Source of the DNA: Octopus sinensis
Lineage: Eukaryota
Length of the DNA stretch: 64,000 nt
Direction: 5' to 3'
NCBI RefSeq assembly: GCF_006345805.1
Contig: NC_043007.1
Span: 49,228,001-49,292,000, forward strand
The position numbers and the translations under genes were made by a program. The first letter of the stretch is position 1; each line of letters opens with the position of its first letter. Below, one piece after another: positions 1 through 13,424 of this stretch. Under the pieces are notes generated by a model that saw only the letters and a program-made list of their open reading frames with translations, had not been told where the DNA came from and did not search any database.

Positions 1-480
1 GTTTTGGCGACATCTACATCCACCTAATGTGGGTCTATCAGGCTTTAGTGAAGGATATTCAAGAGTTTGAGCCCTTGAAATACAAATTGTTGCAGTATCT
101 GGTTCTTTATCTTCATGGCAATGCTGGAATCTTTGATACCTTGCTGTTTGTGTAATTTTCAATGCCAAATTTTGATGCTATCTCTCCAGGATGTATATCA
201 CTGCATATCTTTCCGGTCATTGTTTTAGAAAGTAGAGTATTAACTTTTTCAGCCTTTCCAATTAGCTGACCTGTTGCATTGAGAGGATCTTCTTTGTGTA
301 GCTTCGCTGGATGACTTCGACTTCCTCCGTTAATTCTACACTACGTAGAGTATAGACAATGATAAAAAGAAATCCAGACAATTTTTTGAAAAGTGACAAT
401 TTTCCCCCCTTGGAGAGATCAGCTAGGTTTGCCATTTCTACAAGCCCAGAATCATTTACTATTGAAAGACTGACCATCTG
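1..480 (-). mobile_element. CR1/L2-type LINE, decayed 3' part of ORF2
   Basis: Minus-strand translation across frames gives EVIQRSYTKKILSMQQVS*LERLKKL..ERYAVIYI..KFGIENYTNS, matching the CR1-type post-RT motif LExIQRxxTKxI..SYWERLKxL..RRERY..IY; several stops and frameshifts. Confidence 0.6.
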
Positions 481-845
481 CAAAGATATCAACAATTTTT
501 TTCTTCTTTCTCTCCATCTTCTTCCTTTCCTTCTCTTTTTCTTTAACACTTCATTCAGATACAAAACACACACACACGCGCGGTCCCTCTCACTTTCTTC
601 CCATTCCTCACCCTCTTGTACTATCTTATATCTCTCTCCACCCCTACACAATCAATAATACTATAAAAAGAGACAAAATTCCTGCAAAAGTTCAATTTGA
701 CAACTCCACTAGAGTGGACGAAAGCGCTAATATGAGATATGATTTATAAAAACATGTAACATACTAATAAATATCTGCACATATAAACCATCCAGATTTC
801 TGAGTACATCATTCCAATATATATATATATATATATATATATGTA

Positions 846-1241
846 TACTCTCTTACTTGTTTCAGTCATCTGACTGCAGCCATGCTGGGGCACCGCCTTT
901 AATCGAGCAACTCGACGCCGGGACTTATTCTTTTGTAAGCCCAGTACTTATTCTATCGGTCTCTTTTGCCGCACCGCTAAGTAACGGAGACATAAACACA
1001 CCAGCATCGGTTATCAAGCAATGCTAGGGGGACAAACACAGACACACAAACACACACACGCATATATATACATATATACGACGGGCTTCTTTCAGTTTCC
1101 CTCTACCAAATCCACTCACAAGGCTTTGGTCGGCCCAAGGCTATAGTAGAAGACACTTGCCCAAGGTGCCACGCAGTGGTACTGAACCCGGGACCATGTG
1201 GTTGGTAAACAAGCTACTTACCACACAGCCACTCCTGCGCC
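846..1241 (-). mobile_element. tRNA-derived SINE, family 2 (GGCGCAGGAGTGGCTGTGTGG head, CORE-like CCTTGGGCAAG body)
   Basis: A/B-box-like head at the 1241 end; same sequence recurs at 1439, 8240, 28865 and 35255. Confidence 0.8.
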
Positions 1242-1245
1242 ACTC

Positions 1246-1285
<40 letters not shown>

Positions 1286-1336
1286 ACATACATACATACA
1301 TACATACATACAGACGTACATACATACATATATACA

Positions 1337-1888
<552 letters not shown>

Positions 1889-1949
1889 TATATTTATGTA
1901 TAATTAATTCCTTTTCTTCGTCAAAATTTGATATAGTGGAACTCTACTA

Positions 1950-2335
1950 AAATGTTAGCGAAGCGTGTGAATTTGAAATGATGGAAAAAATGGTATAAAT
2001 ATGCTTCAGTTCCAGTATTATGCAGTATTTTGGAGATTTCTCAATAAATACTAACATTACTACTGCAGCAACAAGACCAGGTACAACTATACAGGACAAA
2101 AGAAACAAATGGTGTAAGACAATATACTTTGCAATAGTATATGATAATAGCGTGGATACCAAAGAAATTGAAAAATAAAACTGGGAATCATCCGGGCCTA
2201 GCCACAAACATGAAGAAATTGTAGAACACACGAATAAAAATTGTTCCTGTGGTAATTGTTCCATCGGTTCGTATTGTCGATCTGCAGAAAAGTGCCACCT
2301 GTATTCTTCAAGTATCCTAAGAAAGATTATTGAAA
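1950..2335 (+). mobile_element. R4/Dong-like LINE, decayed REL endonuclease C-terminus
   Basis: KKWYKY..INTNITTAATRPGTTIQDKRNKWCKTIYFAIVYDNSVDTKEIEK..VPVVI..LQKSAT parallels the RPD..D..K REL region of the intact copy at 60712..62130. Confidence 0.65.
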
Positions 2336-2448
2336 TTTGAAGAGACTTATTCTCACCAAATCTCTAGGTAACATCTCTGTTAAATAAATTAGCTTGTAAT
2401 AGCTTTGTTATATTTTTTCAAAGTTTCACACGAGATATTTTGATGTAA

Positions 2449-2845
2449 GTGGGACAAGTAGATTACACCGACCCCGGTAATTGACAGATACTTTATTTTA
2501 TCGACTCAAAAAACATGAAACGCAAAGCTGACCTCGGAACGATTTGAACTCAGAACGTAAAGAGACTGAAAAAATACCACAAAGCATGTTTCATATCCAG
2601 CGCACTAATGATTCTGCCTGCTCGCTGTCCTAATACTTTCTGATCTAGATACAAGGCCGGCAGCTATGTAAGCAAGAAGTTAGTCTATTACATCGACCCC
2701 AGTACTTGGCTGGTACTTTATTTTATCGATCTCGAAAGAATGAAAGACAAAGTTAACTTTGACGATATGTAAAATCAGAACGTAACGTGTCGTAACGGAA
2801 TAAAGCAAAGCGTTTTGTCCGACGGTCAAGATATTCTACAAGGAA
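2449..2845 (-). mobile_element. Two decayed tRNA-derived SINEs, family 1 (GAGCTGGCAGAATCGTTAGC head)
   Basis: Matches to TTCTGAGTTCAAAT..GAGGTC..CTTTG..GTCGATAAA..AAGTACCAG seen in better copies at 26955 and 57696. Confidence 0.7.
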
Positions 2846-3507
2846 GACAACATTACACGCAGTCAAAACATGTTTACTGTTTGACACAAACCGCACTCCA
2901 AATAACATTTTCACTATCATATCTTAAATAACACAAAACACGATATGAAATTATCACTCAATGAAATAACACAATACATACCCTTATGTAATCGACACCA
3001 GACTCTATTACACTCACAGCTCACATTCAACACAACTGCTAATCAATAAGAGTACACATCCCAATCAGCACATACTCTACAATTCTCATTCCAACACCTT
3101 CTCTTCTTTTTTAGCTCTTCATCTCACAATGCAAAATGCCCTGCACAAACTCTTTAATTAATCTTCCTTGAAACGTACTCTTTGTACAAGCATTAATCTC
3201 CAAGCGTCCAACTGAACGGAGGCTACTTCAATTTTTACATTACGAGAAGGCGGTTAACAAAGAGAATTAATATTTTTTAAAAAGAGAAATAAATTAAATA
3301 TTCTGGTATGGATCCGGTCTATTATTCTGCACACATCCAGGAATAGAATACTTTGTGATGATTGGAGACGAAACTGATGAAAACGCAGTAGTTTCATATT
3401 TGAAGATGGGGTTAAAAATCTGAGAAAATTATAAGACTACTTATCTCAGACATTTTGACATAAAATAAAAGGAACTTTAAGTTTAAAAAATAGCATTTTC
3501 TTTTCAG

Positions 3508-3704
3508 GTTACACTCCAGATCATCAATGCAAGGATCTCTCGGAGGAACAGCTGTCCATATACAACGTGACGTCATACGATGACATCAGTTATGAGAAGT
3601 GTCACATTAACATATTTCGTGGCTTGAAAAATATTACAGATGAGCTCTCCTGTATTAATGGACACAACTACTCAGCAAATAAAGATATCTCTTATGTGAT
3701 AGAG
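3508..3704 (+). CDS. SLC22-family organic cation transporter, extracellular-loop exon (first coding exon in window)
   Basis: ttttcag/GT..GAG/gtaaga; (G)YTPDHQCKDLSEEQ..YEKCHIN..SCINGHNYS..ISYVIE, with loop cysteines and N-x-S/T sites; phase 0 joins the WNLVCD exon. Confidence 0.88.
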
Positions 3705-4499
3705 GTAAGAATGTTAATATTTTAGATCTTATTTCCCCTACACCTCTCTTCCTTTCTGTCTCATTAACACATCTGCTTTCAGGCATATCTTTCAACAGTT
3801 AAAATTATATACGATATTGAAAGAGAAATGTTTTTGCTGTCTAGCGACCAGACAACCCAGATCGAGTATTTCTGTCTAAATCATTCTCATCATGATCAAT
3901 CAGACCTTTACTCAAACGTAGTTTATCTAAGAATATAGTTATCCAATAGTTAATATAGTTATATAGGAATATAGTTATAGTTATCCCTTCATATTTTTAA
4001 AACGGTATAGTGTGATTTGAGGGAGATTAGTCTGGTATTTCTAACAGGAGATTAGATTACAGAGAGGGTTCGTCGTTAGCTTTGTCATACTGAAGGAGTT
4101 TCCTGTCGTTTTCTCCATTTGGAACAGGTTCCCAAACTACCTGAATACGAGGTTGGTCATATTCTCCGGTCCCTACTGCTGATACATTTATTCCTCTACA
4201 GAACTTAACTCTTTTATGGGAAATATCCAAAGACCAACACAACTGAATTTTCACGAATGGATAACCCAAGTATGGCCTTTTGTTTATGAAGTTTTTTTGT
4301 TACTATGGATACCGGGTTTGATGCGACTACACACTGGTCTGGGGAATTGTTTCGGCTTGGCCAATAATTGAGTAGAAGTGGGCTTGCTCTAACACTAAGG
4401 AAACCCATCATCATCATCATCATCATCATCATCATATAATTACACATATAGTCATGACAGAAGTAAATAGACAATCGTTTAAATTATTTAAATCTGAAT

Positions 4500-5490
4500 T
4501 TATAATTTCAATTACGTATTGATTATTTATTGATTATTATGAAGTGAATATCTAATATTTAGTAGACATGCCCCTTGCATTTTTCAATGCCAGGACCCTA
4601 TTAGGCATGCTACTGATCAGATGACGAATATTCTCTTGAGGAATATCTTGCCAAGTTTCATAAAGATCTCGCTTTGAGGATGTTTTCTTGTTCTTTTTAT
4701 GAAGTGCTTTTCCATTATGCCCCAGAGGTATCCAATTCATATCACATGACAGGCTTGGCCATGGAAGCGTTTTAATGCCACTGTCTTCAAACCAATAGTG
4801 GGTCTTTTTAGCCATGTGACAAGGAGCCCTATCTTCTACAAATAGTCTTTTGTAATCATTTAACTCTAGAGAAGATTGGAAGGAGTCCTTTCTGTACATA
4901 TTTATCTGAGTTTATGTTTCCCTCATACTCCACCAGCTCTGATCAGCCATTGCTCCAAATTGCTCCCCAAAGCATCACAGAATAGCCACTGTCAGAAAAT
5001 ACAGCAAATCTGGACTCATCAGAGAATATGACAGTGTCCCAAAATGTTAGAGGCCTCTCCACCATCTCACTGGCTCAATCTTTTCTCCGCTTGATATTGG
5101 CTGGTCGGCGAAATGGCTTCTTTTTAGCTGCTCTACCATAGTAGCCAAATTTATAGAAATATCTAACAGTTGTTCTGGGACTGACATCAATTTGTTCTGT
5201 TATATCATATGCCATGCAACCAGGATTATCCTCCACACTTTTCTTAGCAAAGCGAAGTGTCTTATCTGAGGGCCCTACTCCACCTGGGCGAGGTTATGTG
5301 GATTCCTTCCCCTCCCTGGTGAATAGAACAATCACTCTATTAACTGTAGAAAGCAAAACCCCAAGGTTTTCTGCGATTTAATGCTAAGTCTACCTTCAGA
5401 TTGACCCACAATACGGCCTCTTTGAAATTCGAACAGTTCCAAGGCTTCTTTGTACGTTGCATGATTAAACGGTCACATATTGAACCTGAA
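4500..5490 (-). mobile_element. Tc1-like DNA transposon remnant
   Basis: N-terminal EFQRGRIVG..STVNRVI and catalytic-region EDRAPCH..WPSLSCDMNWI (QDNAPCH / WPxxSPDxNPIE-like); frameshifted. Confidence 0.75.
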
Positions 5491-5759
5491 ACAAAAGAAT
5501 ATCAATTAGTAAAATTTTGAAGATGAAATAACCATAAAATGATGTTTTATGAAGCGTTTATATACTTCTGTCATATTGTCAAGAACACTAAGTTTGTTAA
5601 ATATCCCCTTATGGCGAACGAACACCTGTTAAAAGTGAAGGCTTTTTGTATGTGAACTAAGAAATAAGAGCAACATTGTGCCTTCAGACAAAACTGGTAA
5701 TTTCTGTCTTATGAATATTTATAAATATCATGAATTAATGGAAAATGAAATCACTAGCA

Positions 5760-6340
5760 ACTATAAGGTAGTCGGTAAGAATTATTAAGAAATATCAACT
5801 TAGATGGTAAAAGTATTATGTGTAATGTTGATCTAACCGACAGAAAAGAATTGCTTTGAAAGATCATAAGGAAAATTTCTTCTCCAACTCTAAAGTAAGA
5901 TTAATTTGCCCAGGAAGTTCTGACCTGGGTAGATTAAGTAAAATTATTCTAGACAAATGTATTCCCAGAATTAAGGAAATATTAAAATTAGAGTCTGGTC
6001 CAATGCTCAGGAAGCCATTAATTGGTTAGATAAATTAGATAATAAAAGTAGAAGTAAATTGATTCAATTAGATATTAATAATTATTATTCTTGAATTAAT
6101 CCCATTGCGCTAAATAGTGCACTTATGTTTGCAAGGAAAAATTCCAACCTAAGTTTAAGAGAAATTAAAGTTATTTTGGAAGCTAGGAAGTCTACCATTC
6201 TATTTTATAACAAGTGCTGGCCCAGAAAAAATACTCCTGATTGTTTTGACATAATCATGGGCTCAGCTGATTCCGTCCAAGTTACAGACTTAATAGGTAT
6301 TTACATACTTTATCATTTCCAATTTATGTTGATTGTTATA
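5760..6340 (+). mobile_element. Penelope-like element, RT N-terminal remnant
   Basis: IALKDHKENF..VRLICPG..LGRLSKIIL..LIQLDINNYY..ARKSTILF..FDIIMGSADS..DLIGIYIL, Penelope RT motifs. Confidence 0.72.
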
Positions 6341-6469
6341 GAAGTTTACACAGGTAGAGTAGAATAGTTAGTGGACTGTCAGGTAGATAAATGTATGTAT
6401 GTATGTATGTGGGTGTGAGTGTGTATGTATGCTTTTATTATTATTATTATTATTATTATTTTTTATTTC

Positions 6470-7228
<759 letters not shown>

Positions 7229-7231
7229 CAG

Positions 7232-7262
<31 letters not shown>

Positions 7263-7429
7263 TTTTGCCGTTTATATAAAGAGAGATTAGCATATTTACC
7301 TACAAGCCAAATTACATCTAGTAAACTACAAATTAAAACTGCAAACATATATAAATATATAATCTTTAAGAAAACAAAATATTAGTGAAATAAAATTTAT
7401 ACACATGTTTGTATACGAGAGTGCGTGCG

Positions 7430-7498
<69 letters not shown>

Positions 7499-7715
7499 AG
7501 AGAGAGGGAGAGAGCAAAGTGCACAATAATATATACATATTATATATTATATATATGGATATATATATATTCTATATATGCATATACATACATATATACA
7601 CGCACACACATATAAGGATAAGATCGTTATTTAAAATACCGATCATATCAAGTAGCCAGTATGGTAATAAAAAATCCTTATTGGTAATAATTATTATTAA
7701 AATCATAATTAAGGG

Positions 7716-8194
7716 TATCTAAAAGTTACCACCGTGCTAGAGATAGCAGTCAATGGTTGATTCTAAAATCACATCAAGCATTCATACAGCACCAGAAGAA
7801 AAGACAAATAGTCAAATAAACTAACAAAAAACTTGTATAATCCCACATCTAGATTTCTGGCTTTGCATAAATATATACTGCTTCATCAGTGGTATATACA
7901 CAGATATTACATAATTACACACACACATATATATATATATATGACATACGTATATGTAAGTATTCGTATGTTTTATATATATATCTATGTAATTATGTAA
8001 TATCTGTGTATATCCCACTGATGAGGCAGAGTATATTTTTATGCAGATCAGAAATCTAGATCTGGGATTATCCAATAATTCTTTGTTAGTTTATTTGTCT
8101 ATTTGCCCTTTCTCCTGGTGGTGTATGAATACTTTTTGTGGTTTTAGAGTCAAATTTTGACTGCTATCTGTAGCATGGTGGTACCTTTTAGATA
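7716..8194. mobile_element. Foldback/MITE-like element with about 200-bp diverged inverted arms
   Basis: 7716..7918 is an imperfect reverse complement of 7989..8194; CA/TA spacer. Confidence 0.7.
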
Positions 8195-8570
8195 AGCTTG
8201 ATAGAAATTTCATATATATATATATATATATATATAGTAATTCTACTTATACTCGATAAAATGCTTTGGTCGGCGCTCAGGCTGTAGTTGGAGGCACTTG
8301 CTCAACATGGCACGTAATGGAACTGAATCCCGAAACATGTAGTCGGGAAGTAAACATCTTACAACAGAGCCACGCCTCTGCCTTTTAGTAAGAAATACCA
8401 AATCTACAAATTTCTTCATTTAGAATTTTGCTGATGCTCTCTTTGACTTATCTTGTTCTTATGGTCATCCAGATATCTTTTAAATTTCAATATGTTTTTC
8501 TATTACATGTATTTTTGGCATAAAATCAAAAACTATTACGTATCTATCATTTCCTTTGTTTTCCTTACAG

Positions 8571-8801
8571 TGGAACCTGGTTTGTGACAAAGACGGCTTG
8601 GCGGAATTAACACAATCTTTATTTACTGCAGGCCAAGGAGCTGGTGCTTTGATATTTACGGCTCTTGCAGATAAAATAGGTCGGAAACCAGTTCATGTTG
8701 GCTCTGCATTTTTGCTCTTTCTATGTGTGTCAGGAAGTGCACTCTCCCCAAACATATGGGTCTTCGCAGCGATTCGAGTTTTAAGTGGAGCTTTTCAACA
8801 G
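8571..8801 (+). CDS. SLC22-family transporter exon (TM2-TM4)
   Basis: ccttacag/TGG..CAG/gttata; WNLVCD..LADKIGRKP (MFS motif A)..RVLSGAFQQ, 77 codons. Confidence 0.93.
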
Positions 8802-8914
8802 GTTATAATATTTATCTGCATTATTTTTAATTCAACCTCTTAACACACACAACACACACACACACACACACAATTGTTTCAGTCATTAGACTGAGGTCAT
8901 GCTGGAGTTATCTT

Positions 8915-9200
8915 TTTGCTTCTTTTATCATATCTTCGCACTGTTCTTCTCTGATTCCATGCTCTACAAATGCGCATCCTTTCTCGGGTAGCTTGAAACC
9001 GTGTTTCTTGTGAATTCAGAGTTTAGACTAAATTAGCCCTTATAAGCAAATATAATTTATTTAAGCGAGCAGACGATAAATAATTGCACTTAAGAGCATT
9101 CTTTAAGCGATGGTCGCTACAAAAAAATTAGCTCAATAAAAAAAATATTTTTCAATATCAACACGCCACCACCACAACCACAACCACCACAACAATAACA
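8915..9200 (+). repeat. Unclassified interspersed repeat, second copy at about 42725..43000
   Basis: Shared blocks CATCCTTTCTCGGG.AGCTTG, GACGATAA.TAATTGCACTTA, GATGGTCGCTA. Confidence 0.6.
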
Positions 9201-9344
9201 ACCATCAACGCTATCTGCCTCTCTCTCTCTTGCTCTCTCTCCCCCTTTCAATATAATTGCCTCCTCTATCCATCTCTCTCTATCTACCTTTCCTTTCAGC
9301 TAACTTCTTAACAACGTCATAAGTATTCCTTCCCCACCGGACGT

Positions 9345-10430
9345 CGTTAACACTTTTCTCGCCTTCTGAACTGATACCCTGCCCTTGCCTTCCTTAATAC
9401 TAAATTGAGGGCGATCAACCATAAGACAAATATTAAAGGGGATGACGAGTCTCATTGGAAAATTCCTTTCTTGATATTAACTTCCCTACGACTGTGTCAC
9501 CTGAGTAGAGATCTACTTTTCATTCCTTCATGCTAAAGCTATGTTAATTTTCTTGTGTTCTCTGCTATACTGACTATACTCAAACATTCACTTATCCATG
9601 TGTGCGGATTCATGTGATAGGCTATTTTGTATTCTATCCATGCCATTGCTAGAATTTTCTTTCTAGCTTTTACGTCATTTAGTAATTCTTTGTCTATGTA
9701 TAATAGATCATGCGTTCCTCTAGCCTTTTTCTGCAACCTTTCTGTTCTTCTGGCAGTAAATTTTGGTTGTCAAGATGCTTGTAAATGCTTTCTTAAAGCA
9801 TTCCTGTTAACAGCTTCCACACTAATGGTAAGAAAGTGATTGGTCTATAATTGGTCTATATTACCCTTGCTTTTATCTTTCATAAGGAGTTTGTTCTCCC
9901 TCTAGTCATCCAATCTGATATTAGTCTTACATTAAGGCAATCCTGAAGTTGTTTCTTCAGCCTCCCATGTAAACTACTAAATTTCTTTAGCCAGTACTCT
10001 TGAACTAAATCTGGTCCCGGGCCCTTCCAATTCAGCATTTTTCGTAACACTTTACTCATTAATGCACTAGCTAGTCTTAGATCTAGCAGCTTCTCAATCG
10101 CTACTTCTTCCTTCACTTTCTTTAACCACACATCATCTCCATTGTGATTGATTGGCTTATCCAAATATTACTCCAGAGCTTTCTAGCTTCTTCTGCGTTA
10201 GGTATCTCATCTTCATTACTTTCTTGTCCCCTGTTTATTTTGTTATAAAATCTCTTCTGGTCTGTCTCAAATAATCTATTCTGTTGATGCTGATCTATTC
10301 TTTTCTGATATCTAGAAAGATTACCTGCTGCTGCTGTGATACGCTGGTTCAAATTTTCCGTGACAGTCCCAAATCCTTTCTCTTTGACTAAGTATTTTAA
10401 CTCAAGAGAAGATTTAAATCTTGTATTTCC
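9345..10430 (-). mobile_element. R4/Dong-like LINE, RT-region fragment
   Basis: NRLFETDQKRFY, WKGPGPDLVQEYWLKKF, GTHDLLYIDK, LAMAWI.YK.AY..PH.WI, GIFQ.DS.SPL; decayed. Confidence 0.8.
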
Positions 10431-10459
10431 TATCATCATCATCATCATCATCATCATCA

Positions 10460-11112
10460 ATGACACTAGCTTACAAATAGTCGAAACCCAGTATACTCGT
10501 CATGAGTACCGGTCTGATAAGGATACACCAGGCACGTACATCGCAACCATATCTTATATCAAGACAAACAGCGCATGACCTTGCAGATCGAGTAACATAT
10601 GCTGCTCAAAAGTTCCCTGAATGAGGGTTGTTTAAGGATGCTGAATGAAACACTCATTTATCCAGAGATGAAACCCCAAAGAATTCCTATGGCTATGATG
10701 TTACAGCCTCAGGGTGGTGATTATACCACTTGTCGGCAGTTTTGATATTGTAATGCCGACTTATTAGCCAGTGGAGATATTGGCCAACTCTGTCATGTCT
10801 TAATTTATACTCCACTGGTGCTAAGACTTTACATCCAGAGATTAGGTGGTCCACTGTTTCAATCATGTCGTTGCAGAATCGGCATTTTGGGTCTGCTCCA
10901 TTTTTCATCACATTGGCCTGGTAGTTCCGAGTTAATAGGCTTTGATCCTGAGCAGCCAGGATGAAACCTTCGCTCTCTGCTTTTAGCCCTGAGCTCCGTA
11001 GCCACTGATGGGTTTGCTTCTGGTCAACATCAGCTTGTTTGCTGCGGGTCACATATTTGCCGTGCAGAGGTTTCTCCTCCCACCTATCAGCCAATTGCTC
11101 GTGCGCTTTCTT
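10460..11112 (-). mobile_element. R4/Dong-like LINE 3' fragment fused to an abundant non-coding repeat
   Basis: ORF 10693..11094: WEEKPLHG..SGLKAESEG..AAQDQ..CRFC..ETVDHLISGC (CCHC)..RHD; 10460..10692 matches the repeat at 56400..56700. Confidence 0.85.
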
Positions 11113-11114
11113 TA

Positions 11115-11208
<94 letters not shown>

Positions 11209-11552
11209 TCTTCTCGAGAGGACGGACGTGTCTCAAGAAGCTGTGTAAGTTTTGCACCATTTCTGTTGGAAATTTGTTTAAAAGTGTAAATATTTTTGGA
11301 TATTTGTGTGGCCAAACCGACTAACTTCTTGCGGAGCTAGTTGGTTAGGCAAAATTTTACCCCATTGGGGGTAAAATTTTGTTTGAAATATTGACATTTT
11401 AAAATTACATTCACATACATATTGACAAAAATGTCGAAGAGAGCAGATGGCTGTTCCCTTCTTCGAACATCACACCCGGCACAAGAAAAAATTGATTTGA
11501 ACATTTCTCCAAACCGCCCATTTCGTGTCTTAAAGGCAAACAAAATGTTTCG

Positions 11553-12576
11553 ATGGAACGTGCGGGCGCGTGCAACGTTCCAAATGAAAATGAAAACGAA
11601 GGCGTCACTTTTGACGTCATGGAAGATTTCCCTCCTCTTCCCTCCACCAGTGCTCCAGTACTGGAGAAGGACGGTAAAAAGAGCGTTGCAAAGGAAAGCG
11701 ACAACGATGGCGTCACCTTTGACGTCAACGAAGATTTTCCTTCTCTTCTCTCCACCAGTACTCCAGTACCGGAGAAAGGAGCAAAGAAAATGACCAGCAG
11801 CCACACCGACACCACCACCAGCAACAACACAACAAGCCATCGTAACAATTTCGCCTCCGCTACAAAAGAGAACTCGGAGGAAGTAAAAGTTACGATGGAC
11901 CAAATAAAAAGCGCAAAGGAGTTGTTGAGAAAAGAGGGAAACAGTGTTTTCCTCAATACACCTCAACAACTCATACATGACACAAACAAGAAAACAATAT
12001 ATTATAAGGTTTTCGACAAGAAAAACAAAAGACTAATCAACGCAACACCCCAACAATTGGAAATAGCTCTGAAGTCCATATTGAGCAAAAAGAGCTATGT
12101 CACCAGAGGGAAGCGTTTCGGAACCGTGGAGGTTCGCTTCCCAACAGAGGAGGATGCAAGGGCGCATGCCATTTCGCCCTTGCAAAATGAAAATTTGTTC
12201 CTTGTTCCAACATACCTCGGGCGGAGCGTCCAAAAAATAAAAATCGACATAGTACCCCCCGAACAAAATATATCATGGCTGGTGGCGGCTGTCCTCTATG
12301 ACATAGAGGACACTGCCACTATTCTAGATATAAGAAGAGTGAAGGAAAAAAACTTGTCAGGTATGGGAGTTCAACAGCTGGTACAAATCCAGCAGAAAAA
12401 CATTAATGCCATATCTGACTCGGTAAATTTGCCGGACGGAACCAGGCTGCACGTTGCTGTGGAGGGGCGAAAGCCAAAATGTTACCTCTGCAGCAGCGAA
12501 AGCCACCTAAAGAGGGACTGTCCCATTTACAAAGAAAGAATGGAGGCAGACGACAATAGACAGCAGCAGCAGCAGC

Positions 12577-12616
<40 letters not shown>

Positions 12617-13385
12617 GAAACAACAACAGCAAGAAACACCAAAGGCTGCCACACCAGCAACACCATCACCACCACCACGACGAACGACACTATCTCCAAC
12701 CACCAAACCAACAACCAACCCCAGCACCAAGAAAAACAACAACAAAAAAAGGAAGAAGAAGAATCACCGACACCGTCACCATCACCAACAGATACAGCAA
12801 CACCACCGCTACCAGAAGAACCAACAATTTTTCGCCCTCCTGCTGAAGCGGACCCGACAGCCACCCCCTTTCCGGATCAGGACAGCTCGAATTGTGCGAG
12901 CACTGATACCGAGAAAGGTGAATGGCACACAGTGCCTCCGAAGAAGAAGAGGAGGAAGAAGCAAAAAGACACACAGGGGAAGCACGAACAAATAGTGCTT
13001 CCCAACATCAACAATAACAACAACACGCACTCACAACAACAAACAACACCACTTTCGACACCACTACTGCCACTGCCACACACACCAACACACACAGACA
13101 CGATTACAGCCATAAACACAAAAAAATGAAAAACTCGTTTCATATATAAAAGACAACACAAGTACAAACATTACAGATTTCATAATACCTACACACAACA
13201 CACCACCAGCACACATCCTCACCATTAAAATGAACGAAAAAACATATAGTGACGTAAAACAAATATTCCCTAACGATGTCGGATCGCTAGGGAGAAGTTT
13301 CTCAAAGAAACTTTATAAAAATATTGTAGAAACACCCGTGCAAAAGCACAAGGGAGCCACCCCCACCACCAACAAAAGTAAGTAG
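11553..13385 (+). CDS. Tx1-like ORF1 (CCHC zinc knuckle), two frameshifts at A7 runs
   Basis: CYLCSSESHLKRDC knuckle, polyQ; correcting the A runs at about 12744-12750 and 13120-13126 gives a continuous ~610-codon frame through GEWHTVPPKKKRRKK to TAG 13383-13385, 39 nt before ORF2. Confidence 0.78.
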
Positions 13386-13424
13386 AGCCTTTTTCTTCTT
13401 TTTATTTTTTGTCACCTTTGAAAC

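Noticed and set aside
1947-2264. Hydrophobic 105-aa minus ORF as a membrane protein or SLC22 exon 1
   Set aside because: Wrong strand for the gene; it is the antisense of a decayed R4 REL fragment. I found no TM1-type exon with a phase-1 donor upstream of 3508.
4000-4435. Complex segment ending in (CAT)n as a LINE 3' end
   Set aside because: Only a faint HIL-like word and the tail; not enough to classify.
10433-10460. A separate (GAT)n-tailed R4 family
   Set aside because: The adjacent repeat normally continues past TTGATG to an (AAT)n tail, so the GAT tract is better explained by local microhomology or expansion.
12750-12995. His/Arg-rich C-terminus of the 480-aa ORF as a real domain
   Set aside because: Out of frame after the A7 run; the shifted frame gives the more plausible continuation to 13385.
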